The notes under the pieces: model-generated
Databases searched by the model: none
The model's input: only the letters and a program-made list of their open reading frames with translations
Told to the model about the DNA's origin: nothing
Made by a program: the position numbers and the translations under genes
Assembly: GCA_013265495.1 (NCBI GenBank)
Contig: MU060767.1
Location: forward strand, 4,947,546-5,011,545
DNA length: 64,000 nucleotides
Origin: Vicugna vicugna
Lineage: Eukaryota
Reading direction: 5' to 3'
Shown here: piece by piece, positions 25,384-38,230 of the stretch
Numbering within the stretch: position 1 is the stretch's first letter
How the letters are laid out: each line of letters opens with the position of its first letter

Positions 25384-28300
25384 ATGCTGGGTCATCCTAG
25401 GAGTAAGGAGTGTTGAAGAAAGGGGTGAAGTCTTCCATAGGGGACTGTCCAGGGGACCTCCCCAGGCTGGGGCCTCACGACTGGCTTCCCTGAGGAGGCG
25501 GCTATTTGACTGAGGGGAGGACCGTCTGAAGGAAGAATTGGGAGAGGGCAGCCCTAGGTTGAGGGAACCATATGTGTCCTAAGCAGCTGGAACATGGAGA
25601 CCCTGTTCTGTGACCCAATGGGAAGGAGAATGATACCCTAGTGATATCCAGAGGAATGTTACCAGTGAGGAGAGTGCCATCCCCCAGGTGGTGGACATGT
25701 CAGCTAGATACCCCATCCCGGTGTGGGGACTTGAGGGAACAACGCCATTGCTGCCCACAGACAAAGCCAGCCCAGCTGGGGCGGAGGCTGGGACCACTGC
25801 AGAGGTTACCTTAGCTCCAGCCCTCAGAGTCTCTTAGTTGCCTTCAGAGCTGCCCCAGGATGGCTGGAACAGTCTTCTGCAGGAGGCAGTGAGATCCTCG
25901 TCACTGAAGTTGTACAAACAGAAGCTGGTCAAGGCCTCCCCTGCCCTTCCATGATGAGAGACAGTGTCCAGTGGTTTTGTAGATCCCAGCCAGCCTTCAG
26001 CCAACGTACACACATGACCAGTGTCAGCTCTGGGCCAGGCTCAGTGCCAGAAGGGAGGGAGATGTATGGATGCGATAGGGTGGGTGCCAGTGCCGGTGCA
26101 GGTAGCTCCTGGGGAGGCCTGTGGGCAGGTGCCATAAATGGAGCCAGGGGTCCCAGGAGCCAGAGGACTCCAGGGTCAGATGGAGTTAGAGGGGCCACTC
26201 AGGGAGTGGGTGGCCAGAGTGGAGGTAGCGTCCTTGTGTGGGGCAGACAGGCCCTGAGTAAGAGAGGTCCCCCAGAAGTAGACTGTCATCAGTCGTGTGG
26301 TTTTGAGATGATTCAGCTCAATATCATGGTAATAACATGTAATATGTCACTGTACTGAGGGCTCCTTCCAGGCCCAGCCATTCACTTGCTGTGTGATGTG
26401 GATAGAGCCTCTTATTAGAGTTTTTTGGCGTTGCAGGGGACCTTGATCTGGGCCATCCCATGATGGCTTCCCATAGGAGAGTAGGCCCCAGAAGGGAAGC
26501 TGGGAGAACTAAGTGTGGTCTCTGGGGATTCCCAGGTGGGCTCCAAAGGCCTTTGTCCTTAGATGAGTGAACTTCCCCAGTGGGGGCCGTGTCCATGTGT
26601 GCAGCACCTGCCTGCAGCCCTGCAGAACTTGGGCATGGTGACCTGCACCATCTGGGGGAGGTGAGATCTCATATTCTCCTGTGCCAGGAGCCTCAGTGCC
26701 GCCAGCCTGGAGTGGGCAGCTGGAAAGAAGCTTTGTCCCAGGACCATGGCCTCAAGTGCCCACTGGGCTTGTCAGCACACCTACCACACTCCCAGGTCAC
26801 ATTGCTCAAACCTTGGGCCCTGCTGGGTCACAGAGGGCATCTGGTATCCTTAGGCCTCCCTATCCTGACCCTCTAGCTCTTGCAGTCCACAACCACTATT
26901 TCTGGATTGATGGCAGGGTCTTTCTAGGCTGGGTCTCCAGCCTGCTGTAGTTTCTGGGTCCTGGGCTAGACCTGACTCCTGGGAAAGCCAGCACTGACAC
27001 TGTTCCCCTGAGCCTGAAGGAGCTCACACAAGAAATCTTTGAGGCCCAAAAGGTTCAGGTCACATGGGAAGACCCAACTGGACCTCTGGAGAGGGGCAGG
27101 ATTTTAATGAGGAGTAGGTCAGGGCCTCACTAGCTCTGCTATGGGCTGTATTTCAGTCATCCTGACTGCAGACGGAAAACTGAAGCTTGACAGGTCATGA
27201 GCCTAAGCCATAGCTTGATATCTCTCTTTCCCTTCCACCCAGGCATGGCTCTGCAGGACTCAGATATGACTGAACACAGGTGCAGTTACTAGCAGCTCCT
27301 GCTGGGGGCTGTAGATGGGCAGACTGGCAGGGGTACCTAGTCGTCATGGCCTCCTAACCAGCGTCAGGCCCGGCCCTCAGGGCCAAGGTGAGAACCATGG
27401 AAGCAAGCCATGATGCTCCAGCAGGTGGCGCCAAAGGGCACAGGCAGAGGGATGGGGCTTGGCTAGGGGCTCTGAAGACTTCTTGGAGGAAGTGGCTTTC
27501 TAAACTCTGACCCGAGACTTTTGTGGGCCCAAGCCGAGTCTTGAAGGCACAGAGTGAGTGTGGGCCTCTGGGCAGAGGAATACAAACTGCCCCACTCCCA
27601 CCCCACGAGGGCCTCTTTGTCCTGGCGGGCAGACGCCTGTCCACTCCCCAGCTGTCTTCCTCTGGAGGGAGATGCTGACCAGCTGGAACCTCATTCTCTC
27701 CTATTAAGGCCAAATGAGGGGAGGACTGGTGGAGTGGCTTTCTGGGGGCAGGGAGGCAGCTGCTGAAGCCAGGCAAGGAGAATGAGGATTTCCCTGCCTG
27801 CTGCAGGCCTTTGCCTTGGGAGAAAAGCAGATAGCTGGGCCAGCATCATCTCTGCCATGCTCTGCCTCCTTTCATCCCAGGAAAGGAGATTCTAGCTCTC
27901 ATTGGGCAAGGGAGAAAAATAGGGGCTGCAACCGTAGCAACCTTGTAGTTGACCCAGGGGGAGGGAGGTGCTGAGCCTGGCACGGGATCATCCAAGGCTG
28001 GCCTAGCCTGGGTTAGAAGGAGGCCTCGCAAGGGGCTGGGGAGCTTTACTTGGCTTAGCATTTCCCTTGGTGCTCAGCCAGGACTCCTAGCAGGAGAGTC
28101 TGGGGACAGCCAAGGGGGTGCTACCACCAGCCCCCACATCTGCTGTCAGGGCTAAAAAAGTGAATCATAGCTGGCCTGTTCCACATCACTGGAGGGACAG
28201 CAGCAAAGCCAGACAGTGGAGTCGTCCCACAGGGCTCTCCTCCGAGGCTGGTTGGGACTCTGAGGAGGGCCTAGGCACCTCCCTTGGGCCCTGACCCCAA

Positions 28301-30559
28301 CCCTCCCCTCCAACATAAGCGAATACCCTGTGGTGCAAGGAGTGATGAGGTTTAGAAAAAGGAAATGGACTTGTGGGGATCCCTCTGAGAAGACAAGGCT
28401 GGATGAGGAATGTTGAGTCAGGGCATGGGAACCTGGATGTGGGTGGAGGTGTGAGGACACTGGCCAAGGGGACACAGTACTCCTCTGCTTTATGGTGTTG
28501 CAGGGCCTGGGGCCTGCACGCTCTGTGCCTTGAATCCTCTGACAGTGGGGCTGGTTATGCAGGTGGTTGTGATCAGTTGGATAGTACAGCTGTAATATAT
28601 AGTGTTCTCCTCCTGCTCCCCTTACCATCCAAAGTCTTGTGAGAATATAAAAGAGTATCCTTCAGGTTCAGGGGTCAAGTCTTTGTGGCTGTCTCAGTGC
28701 TGGAGTGGGGCTGAATGGGGTACGAGTGGAGTGTTATGAGAGGTGACATATAGCAGGTCCTGGGGTACATAAGATTCTAGAGGAGTCATGGTCAAGAGGG
28801 ATGTGCTACCCAGGGTAGAGACAGTGCAGGCTGGTGTTGGAGACCAAGGCACAAGCTCTGGCGGACTCTCTCTGAGGTCCCTCTGCTCTCCCAGCTCTGT
28901 CAGTTCGGGGGTGAAAGGGTGGCCATTTGGGCCCCTTGGCTTGCGGCTGCAAATGGGCCCTGCCTGAAGTCCTCAGTTTGAGAAGGCGGGCTTGTCCCTT
29001 CTCAGCACACATCCTGTAGTTGACTGAGCCAGATTGGAGGTGGAGAGAGGGCAGCTGCCTGGGCCCAAACCCAGGAGAGCAGAGGTCATAGCAGGGTGCT
29101 GGTCTGGGTGTGAACTTGGGGAGTATGCAGCAAGCAGTGGGGACGAGGGTGGGGGTGGGAGTGTAGGGGTCAGGCCAGGACAGGAACTGTGGCTTCTTCC
29201 TCTTGCTGTCTTCCTAGCGGGCCCTGTGGGAGCTCCCCCAATCACCAGCCCTCTAAGTTGAGGCCTAGCTGTGGCCCACCCAGAAGCTATGGCAGGGCTG
29301 TGCTCAGTGCCCAGTTTAGGGAGCAGCCTCCAGCCCAACTCATACCCTTCAATGGGTGTCTCGCTCTGGTCTTGAAGCTCTTTTCCCCGGGCCTCATCCA
29401 GCTGCCTTATACCGGATTTCATCACTGGTGACATGCTGGTGGAACACTATGGCTACTGTAGCATGACTGTGGCCTGGGGCCCTCTCTCCCTTTTCACCCC
29501 ATCTCCACACAGGTGACTACACAGAACTCAACCCCAGCTCCTTTGAGGCATTGTCTTAATGGATGGAGGTAGGGCTTGCCCCTTGTCAAGTGTGAACTGG
29601 GCAGCCCCAGCCCTTCCCGGCTCCACAGCCCCCCCACTGCTGCCTATGCACCATGCAGAGCTGTCCTCTTGTGCCAGAGGGGACCTCTGAGCCCAGGATC
29701 CCGTCCAGTTCTCTGGGTCTCCTCCCAGAATTCCTGGGTGGATGTCTGGCCCGGGCCTCAGGCCCTAAAGGTGGAGGCAGTGCCCTGTTTTTGGTGTGGG
29801 CTGCACAGGGCAGCTGTCTGCCTACTCATCTCAGCCTGACCTGGGTCCTTACTCCAGAGGGGCCTTCCCATTGGGTCCTCTCTGGCCTTCCCTAGAGCAG
29901 CTTCTTACCCCACTCCTCTTCTTTCTGTCTCCCCCTCCCTCTCTGTCCCCACCCAGCAGCCAGCGTGACCCTAACTGGGCTGTGATACTCCTTGTTTATA
30001 CCTTGCATATGGACCTCTCACGCTCAAAAAGAAGTCGGGACCCTCAGTTGGGCCCACAGGACCTGCCTCCAGGCTCCAGTCTGCTGGCAGCACTGCCCCG
30101 GTTCCCTTCTCTCTGCCAACCCAGACCATGCTCAGTTCCCTCGAATGCGTCTGCCATTCAGCAGATGCCTCCAGGTCTTTGCACACACTATTCCCTCTAC
30201 CCAGAACACACCTTCATCTCCTAGTCCTCTTGTCCCCCAGGGCCTGGGGGACATACCTCTGTGTGCCTCTGCTGCCTGTGTCCTGCCACTGTGCACAGCT
30301 GTGGGGGTATTTACTCCCTTTTTCCTGATCACTTGTGGGGCATGAATTCTGCCCCACCTTGACCACTAGGGAGGTGCCATGTCTATCCTGTGCTCCTGAT
30401 GCCAGCGGACGGGCACACTTGGGGAGGGAGAGGTCCCTGAGGCATAGCTCACCATTGAGGGGTTGGTGGTCTGTGTGGGTTTGGGGCAGGGGTGTGGTGC
30501 TATGCCAGGACTCCCACAGCTCCACTCAAGGGTTGCCCTGCTGTTGTTGCCTCCCGCAG

Positions 30560-30738
30560 TTACAGCTACATGATTGACAACGTAATCCTGCTCATCACGG
30601 GCACGCTGCACCAGCGCTCTATCTCCGAGCTTGTGCCCAAGTGCCACCCACTAGGCAGCTTTGAGCAGATGGAGGCCGTGAACATCGCACAGACACCCGC
30701 TGAGCTCTACAATGCCATTCTGGTGGACACGCCCCTGG
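30560..30738 (+). CDS. ATP6V0D1: ATP6V0D1 exon 3 (179 nt)
   Basis: cgcag|T...CTGG|gtgagc; [59 protein letters not shown]. Confidence 0.98.
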
Positions 30739-32115
30739 GTGAGCTGCCGTGGTGGAGGAGGGAGGAGGCATGGGCAGTGGCATCAGTATCAGAGCCTCTC
30801 TGTGGGGTTTGCAGACCCCTGGCAGGCGGCCCTGAGCTAGAAAGCGAGGCCTGCCCACTGCTGTTTACCTTTCTCTTTCCTTCCACTTCGCCTCCCGTTC
30901 TCTCCTCTTTACCCTGCCTTCTGTTCCCTTCATATTGCTTTTGCTGGGCCAAGCAGGCTGACTCGGACCATTTAACTTTGTGAAACTGGTTGATTTCTCA
31001 GAATGCAGAGCAGGGCTGAGTTCACGGATAGTAGAAACAGGGGCCTATGTCCCTTGGAGTCTTGGGAGCTCTAACAGACTGTGGGCCTAAGCTGGACTGG
31101 AGTGGTTGGCTGCCCATGAGGCAAAGGAGAAGCAAACAGTTTCACTTGCCTCCACTGAGCAGGTCCCAGGGGCCAAGTCAGGCAGTGTCCGGCAGGATGC
31201 AGACTTTATGTCAGAGGCCAAGGAAGGAAGAGAAACTGGGAGCTTCCTGCATGGCTCCGCCTAGGCAGCACTGGCTCCTACTTGCCTTGGAAGGAGACTG
31301 GGGAGAAGCCAGTAAGGCAGTTACCAGCTAATGCCCTCATGGCCAGAGTCCTAGTCCCCAGGCACCACCTCCAGGAAGTCGCCAGGGTTGAGTTACTGGG
31401 CCATAAGCTGCACTTGGTCCTGCACTAAGAGGCCTGAGCCCTACCTGCTGGTCTTACCTGCCATAAACTCGCACAATAACTCTGAGCTAATTCTGGGCTG
31501 TTTGTGGCATCTTCAGTTTCGCCATCAGTAAAGAAGAAACAGACCAGTGAGTCCATGGGCCCCCTTGGGATCAGGGGGATCTATCCTGCTCTGGTCTCTA
31601 ATTCCAGCCCTACAGTGACACCGGGGGTCACTGGTCCATGCTCACCCAGCTTTCATACTCATTCCTTGTCCTAAGAGAAGGATAGTTTTTCAGATGTGGG
31701 CCCCAGGCCCTCCTGGGAGATGCAGAGAAGTGGGCGTCAGGCCCCGAATCCACAGCTGTCCCTCGAGAAGGGAGGATGTCACAGCCTCTTATGCAAGCCT
31801 TTCTTTGGCATGGTCTGAGCTTGGGTCTGCCCCAGAGGTGATTAGATCATGTTGTGGCTGGCCGCCTCTTTTATAAATCAATTTTAGGAGCGAGAAAGCA
31901 AGAGAAGCTCAGGTCAGTGCACATGGCCTGGAGTATTGCTTCTGCCACTTCTAAGGCAATAGTCCAGGCTGGGTTGGGGGCCCGCCCGTACCCAGTCAGA
32001 TGGGCCTTGTAGCAGGGATCCTCTGTGCCCTGCAGCTGTGGTTGAACAACAGCAGGATTGTTGCCTAGGCTAAGTCCACTTGCCCACTCGTCACAGCCTG
32101 GTCTTTCCTCCCTAG

Positions 32116-32195
32116 CGGCTTTTTTCCAGGACTGCATCTCAGAACAGGACCTTGATGAGATGAACATCGAGATCATCCGCAACACTCTCTACAAG
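32116..32195 (+). CDS. ATP6V0D1: ATP6V0D1 exon 4 (80 nt)
   Basis: cctag|CG...AAG|gtagcc; [27 protein letters not shown]. Confidence 0.98.
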
Positions 32196-33414
32196 GTAGC
32201 CCCCCCAACCCAGTGGGCGTGAAGGAAGTGGGTAGGGCCATGGGCGTGGTGGGCTGGTGATTTCTGTGGGGTGCTGGGACAGGATGCAGCTGTACCAGGC
32301 TCCTATCCTCGGGGCTTATCCACTCACTTTCTGGCTCCTGTGACTGGCGCAAGACTGCATGGAACAGGTTCTCCATCCCTCAGGCCCGGATAAGATCAGC
32401 AAGAGTGGCTGATGTTCCACAGCTTGGTCTGTCAGAGCTGGCTCCTGGATGGCCACTCCCCCTGCATCCAGGAGGGTTATGGGCCACCACCTAGGCTGTA
32501 GCTCTCAGGCTCACCCCACCTGGACTGTCGCCAGCAAGGACAGGCACCTGAGCATGGTAGGGGGAAGGGCACAGCCAGACATTACCAGGTCCCTGTGTGC
32601 CCCCCGGGTTCTCGGTCTACAGCCAGTGTCACGTCCCACCATCTTCGACCCCACCCACCTTCTGCTTCCCACCAGGCTGTGGCACAAGCTAGTGGCCCCT
32701 GGAAATAGAGTGGGCTTGGGATTCCAGGGTCAGTACTGCCCCTGCCTAAAGAATTTAGAAGCAGGACTGGAAGCCAAGAAAGGGGGCTAGCCAGGGACCA
32801 TTGAGGAACATTTGGAGCAGACTGGGCTCTGGCTGTGGTGAGGACCTCTGATGGGTTAGAAGTGGGCAGGCACTAAAGGGGGCCTGAAGATAGTGCTGGC
32901 CAACACAGCAGCCTTGCTGACCTAACCCTGGGAATATCTGTCTCTTGAATCTTTACAGTGAGACTCCTCTCCTGCCCTGGTTGGAGCTAGGTGGCCAATA
33001 TAGCGGCAACCTGAGCCTAGGCCCTCTAGTCTCCCTGCAGGGGTCTGGGCCAGAGTGCAGGGAGGGTCTGGTGGCAGGTGAAGGGCCTACCTGGAGGTTG
33101 TAGTAGTGTAGGCAGGGGACAGCACATACAGAAGCAAGTGTGGAACACAGGCCAAGTGGCAGGCAGTTTGCTGTGGAAGTACCAGATAGATAGCAGGGGA
33201 CAGGTCTGGGAAAAAAAGGCACAGGATCAAGTCACCCAGGGTTTGAATGCCAGGCCAGAAGTTTGAATTTTATTCTGTGGGCAGGGTCAGCCAAGGAAGG
33301 TTTCCAACAGGGCACAGTATCAGAATGTGGAGGATGGACTAGAAGGGACAAGACTAGAGGTAGGAAAATTATGGAGTTCTCTACTCCTCAGGACTGCCCT
33401 GGGAGCTAGGTGGG

Positions 33415-33530
33415 CATCAGTATCCCCACTTGTAAAGTGAGGAAACTGAGGGCTTAGAGAAGTAGTGTGGGTCACCTGAAGCCACTTGCTAGACACTGGC
33501 AGCACTGGGCATCACACCTGGCTGTGAGCA
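33415..33530 (-). mobile_element. MIR SINE remnant
   Basis: atccccacttgtaaagtgaggaaactgaggg-cttagagaag. Confidence 0.7.
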
Positions 33531-35520
33531 AAGCAAGTGCCCTTATCTACACACTAATAGGGAGAGAAAGAGGGAGATGGGGACAAAGAGGCAAGGGGGG
33601 CAGGGGGGTGAAGCAGTGAGAGCCAGCGCGCGTGTGCTAGTGCTCACGCTCGGTCTCTCTCTTTGCCTCTCCCCTGCTAGTGCTCCTGCCTGCCCAGCTG
33701 GCCCGTTGCCGGTTTCCCTGCCCTGAGGCAGGGTGAGGGGTGTGGCTGTCCCCCAGCCTTACCCACACCCTCACCGGGCCTGACTGGTTCTAACTGGAGT
33801 CACTGGCGAGGGCTGCTTGGGCACCAGCTTGTAAACATCGATTGAATGCCGCAGGCACCATGCCAGGACTGCCTGTCAGGCGATGTCCCAGCCCAGTGGC
33901 CACAGATGGGAGATTAGGTGGACCCCCACTGGTGGGTGGGAACTGTAGGCAGCTGGTGCAGCAGCCATGGGCTGACAGACTCCAGGGGACAGGGTGGGGG
34001 TGGGAAGGTGACCTTGGTTCCTGGGCCTTTGGGGTCTTGCCATCCAGTTTCTTCAGCTGCCCTAGCCTCCAGAAGAGAGTCCAGGCCTATTCCACTAGCC
34101 TCCACCACCCTGGGGTCAGCCTCTCCAGGAATCAGTCCAACTCAGTGAGGGCTGGTGGCTTCCCCAACAGATAGGAACTGCAGGCCCCACTGGGGCAGAC
34201 CTGGAGACTTGGACACAGCCAGCTTGACTGGCCACAGGTAAGGAGGTTGCTGGGGACAGTCCCAGAGGACTAAACAGTACCACCAAGCCAAGGGAGTATC
34301 GGCAGCTGTTTCTGCCACCCAAGCCCTCTGACTCCTAGGATTCACTGAGATGTGGTCTACTCTCCCCTTCCAGGCTTCTTACTCTCTGACCTGTCCTAGA
34401 CTTTTGTTTCTTGCGACCCCAGTGGTTACCTCAGGTCTTCCCCTGGGCCCAGCTTGCCCAGTGCTGCTGCCTAGGCTTGGCCTGGGCTCATGGACTCCCA
34501 GGCCCCATCTCACCTCTGCTCTTAGGGCAGTAGAACCAGTGGCTCACATCAACAAGTGGTGGAAGGAAAGTTCTCTGCACGTTGGAGGGCAGACCTTGGC
34601 ATAGAAAGCTTTCCCTGTCTCCTAGCTCTCACTCCCAGCTCAGAAGAATAGTCTCCAGCCTGTGGAGCTAGAGTCCCCATGGCTTGTGGTACCCAGGAGG
34701 GTCTGAGTAAAAGCAACTCCCCCGGGGCCATGAGCCTGTCACCACTTCCTTGACATGGAGAGGTTCTGGGACAGAAGACTGGCCCAGCTGGTTTCAAGAG
34801 TGAGTCCTGGGAGGAAACTGAGGCCTGGGCTGACCTGGCTTCTCCTCATGCCCGGCAGATCCAATTTGCCTGGGCAGGAAGTGCTTGTTCCTGCCAGCAG
34901 TCCGCATGTCTAGCCATTGCACTGCAGGGCTGACGTCCATGCGGGCAATAACCATCCCTCAGCGGGAACTGTGCTGACAGTTTGGTTCCTGCTGTGTGAT
35001 GCCTGGGAACTACCTGGGGGATGGGAGAAGGAGGAGGTGCTCTTTAAGGTGGGCTACTGAGAGGGGCCAGGGCACCCAGTCCAGGCCATCTCCTTGAACT
35101 CTCTGGAATAACCATTCCTCACTAGCCCATTATCACATGGTTTTCTGAGGCTGAAGAGAAATTTGGGGGAAAGGCAGGCAGAGCAGCAGGGGGAAGACAG
35201 AATCCTTCTCTGAGCCTGGTCCTCTGTGGGATGAGGGTGTGAGGGACACCATACCACTAAGCAGACTATTGACCAGAAATTGCTCTGTCACTGCTGGGTC
35301 AAGGGAGGCAGCAGGCCACTGCTGCTTGGCTGATTAACAGTTGGAAATCTGTGGATGTTCGGGGCTTTGACATGGGTGCTGCCCTGGTCAATCTATGGGT
35401 GTAATGTTTGGATTCACCATGAAAGGGGCCAGGGAGGGAAGGAGGAACTGTGTGGAGGATGCCTGACAAGCCCCCCCAAGCCTCCCTACCCAGACTGAGC
35501 AAGTCCAATGCTCTGCACAG

Positions 35521-35598
35521 GCCTACCTGGAGTCCTTCTACAAGTTCTGCACCCTACTGGGAGGGACCACAGCTGATGCTATGTGCCCCATCCTGGAG
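35521..35598 (+). CDS. ATP6V0D1: ATP6V0D1 exon 5 (78 nt)
   Basis: cacag|GCC...GAG|gtgagt; [26 protein letters not shown]. Confidence 0.98.
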
Positions 35599-35725
35599 GT
35601 GAGTGTCTGTTCACCCTTCCGCCTGCTAGTCCCCTGTAGCCCTGACCTGGGAGAAGCCCTGCCAACTGACTGGCTACTGCATCCCTCCCTGTCCCTCTCT
35701 CCTTGCCTGTGCACTGGCGCCACAG

Positions 35726-35902
35726 TTTGAAGCAGATCGCCGCGCCTTCATCATCACCATCAACTCCTTCGGCACAGAGCTGTCCAAGGAGGACCGTGCC
35801 AAGCTCTTTCCGCACTGCGGACGGCTCTACCCTGAGGGCCTGGCCCAGCTGGCTCGGGCTGACGACTACGAGCAGGTCAAGAACGTGGCTGACTACTACC
35901 CG
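35726..35902 (+). CDS. ATP6V0D1: ATP6V0D1 exon 6 (177 nt)
   Basis: cacag|TTT...CCG|gtgagt; [59 protein letters not shown]. Confidence 0.98.
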
Positions 35903-36010
35903 GTGAGTGCCCTAGCTGTAGGAGATGGGCAGGCATGTTGGCATCAACATCCCCACCCCATACCTAACAGCACCCTCGTACTCATGCTTCCCCCGACTCC
36001 CCTGGGCCAG

Positions 36011-36088
36011 GAGTACAAGCTGCTCTTCGAGGGCGCAGGCAGCAACCCTGGAGACAAGACCCTGGAGGACCGATTCTTTGAGCACGAG
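36011..36088 (+). CDS. ATP6V0D1: ATP6V0D1 exon 7 (78 nt)
   Basis: gccag|GAG...GAG|gtgagt; [26 protein letters not shown]. Confidence 0.98.
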
Positions 36089-36180
36089 GTGAGTGCCAGG
36101 CCTGTCATAGGGAGGGGTTGGTGGCTTAGGCCTGACTTTGGTCACGGCCACCTACACACCACTCCTGCCTCTGTCCGCAG

Positions 36181-36342
36181 GTGAAACTGAACAAGTTGGC
36201 CTTCCTGAACCAGTTCCACTTTGGTGTTTTCTATGCCTTTGTGAAGCTCAAGGAGCAGGAGTGTCGCAACATTGTATGGATTGCCGAGTGCATCGCCCAG
36301 CGCCACCGCGCCAAGATCGACAACTACATCCCCATCTTCTAG
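36181..36342 (+). CDS. ATP6V0D1: ATP6V0D1 exon 8, terminal coding part (162 nt incl. TAG)
   Basis: cgcag|GTG...TTC TAG; [53 protein letters not shown]. Exons 2-8 sum to 926 nt, which with a 130-nt exon 1 gives the known 351 aa. Confidence 0.98.
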   Translation: MKLNKLAFLNQFHFGVFYAFVKLKEQECRNIVWIAECIAQRHRAKIDNYIPIF

Positions 36343-36753
36343 CACCCTGGCCCATGGCTCCCCACATGTGTGTGTCTGTGTGCTGTGACAAAGCTCATGG
36401 CTCACCTACCTGCCTGGGGGGGTAGCACACTGTCCTGGCGGCTTCCTGGCTTCCCTGACCCTCTCTGAGACTGCTCTTGGGCCTGAAAAGGGGCTGGGCA
36501 CCTGTTCCCCCTACCAAGGATGGACCAAGTCCCTCACCTCCAGAGCAAGGAGGCCCCCTCAGCCCTATGTTTACAGCCGCTGACATGTCTGAGAAGCATG
36601 TGGTCACTTTTGTGTCCTTCCCTAACCTGAGAACCCCTGGGGGCAGCGTGAGCTTCCTCTCCCCTCAGTGGGTCCCCCTAGAGCCATGGCCCAGGGGCAG
36701 GATAGTGTGTGTGTCCTTGGGGTGTAGGGGAAGTAGCTCTGCCCCTCAGAGAC

Positions 36754-36759
36754 AATAAA
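36754..36759 (+). terminator. ATP6V0D1: Poly(A) signal of ATP6V0D1
   Basis: AATAAA about 410 nt after the stop codon. Confidence 0.8.
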
Positions 36760-37073
36760 AACTGCCCTCTGTAAGCCCAGCTGTCTTCTGTCTCCTTTGG
36801 GTCCGAGTCCTCCCAGATCCCCAGCTATGCTCAGGCCCCACTCTTGCTGAGCCCATCCCCATCTAAGCCTTCTACCTCCCTTCCTCAGTTGGCAGCTCCA
36901 GGCTGGCCCTCTCCCCGTGCGGCCAGATTCCGCAGGGTGGGGGAAGTCAGGCGAAGATAGCCTCTTCCTCTGCTGGAGGCTCTGACAGGCCTGTGTAGCT
37001 GGGTCCTGACCCCTGGAGAGCCCCCAGACCTCCCTGTTTGCTTCCCTGAGCTCCACAACTCCCTTGGCCAGGG

Positions 37074-37190
37074 TTATTGTCCCCATTTCACTGTGAGGAA
37101 ACCCAAACCATGGATACACGATCGGCCCAAAGTAGCTGAAGGGGTTAGGTGTAAACTGGAATCTGTGTCCAGAGCTTCAGCCTCTGTGCT
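37074..37190 (-). mobile_element. MIR remnant between the convergent 3' ends
   Basis: ttattgtccccatttcactgtgaggaaac. Confidence 0.6.
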
Positions 37191-37302
37191 CAGTGGTTCC
37201 CCAGGCAGTTTCCAGGCTGTCACACAGCCACAGCATGTTACGTAGGCAGTCACCTCCTCCAAACATAGCATCTCCCCATTCTAGGAGAAATAAAAATTTG
37301 TC

Positions 37303-37308
37303 TTTATT
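37303..37308 (-). terminator. HSD11B2: Poly(A) signal of HSD11B2
   Basis: TTTATT on + (AATAAA on -) about 510 nt past the stop codon. Confidence 0.75.
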
Positions 37309-37817
37309 CCAAAAGTGGCGATCAGGCAAGTAGGGTATGCAGCCTCCCTGTGGCTTTGGGGGCTTGGGTGGGTGGTCAGGGCCCTAATTCTTGAGCCAGT
37401 CAAGAAACAGTTAGGATTCACCCTTTGAATCACGGCATGAGGCACTGGTGTTGAGAAATAATCCTGAGGGAGTCCCCAACCTACCCAATTACTCCTTAGT
37501 TTGCAGAGCACTGTCTGCAGGATCCTGTCAAAGGCTACAGTTAAGTCTTGCACAAAACTCCCCATCCAGCTGGGTTCTCCAAGCTGTGTAGTGGAGCCTT
37601 GTGCCTAGGAGGGTCTGTTTGGGCTCATGAAGCAGAAGAGGCCCAGAGGTTCACTGGGAGGCCTCACCTCACCAGGCCTGCCCTGTGACATCAGCAGTGG
37701 GTGGGACTTCGGTCTCTTAGGTCAGGATCTAGGATAGACCTGGGGGTCAGAATGCCCAGGGGAGGACTAAGGGCAGATGGGACCTCCTTTGCTGGAGCAG
37801 CTATGAACACACACTGC

Positions 37818-38230
37818 TCATTGGGCAGTGGGGGAAGGGCCGGGGTTTGGGTCTGGGCTGTGAGCTACATCCTGGGCAGAGGTAAGGCTGGGCTGGCCAG
37901 GCTGCAGTGCTCTTGGCACAGAGGGACTGATGAAGAAGGACTGCAGGAAACGGCGCCGCAGGCCCTCAGGCAGGTAGTAGTGGATGAAGTACATGATTCC
38001 CAGGCCATGGCCTGGGTAATAGCGGTGGTGTGGCTGAACCGCCAGCAGTGCATCGGTGATGGCATCTACAACCGGGCTGAGGTCTGGCAGTGCCTGGCTC
38101 AGACTATGCAGGAACTGCCCACTCAAGTGCTCAACATAGTCCTCACCGTAGGCCTGCAGCAGCTCTCGGGGCAGGTTGGCCAGCAGTTGCCGCTTGCGCT
38201 CTTCCCACTGGTCCACATTTTGCACTGACT
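37818..38230 (-). CDS. HSD11B2: 11-beta-hydroxysteroid dehydrogenase type 2, exon 5 (413 nt incl. TGA)
   Basis: Minus ccag|AG TCA...CAA TGA; [21 protein letters not shown]...[27 protein letters not shown]...PTAQ*. Confidence 0.97.

Noticed and set aside
33830-33837. Forkhead motif TGTAAACA
   Set aside because: Part of a degenerate L2 3' tail (aacat..attgaatgcc..aggcaccatgccagg).
37701-38228. 175-aa plus-strand ORF
   Set aside because: Antisense shadow of HSD11B2 exon 5.
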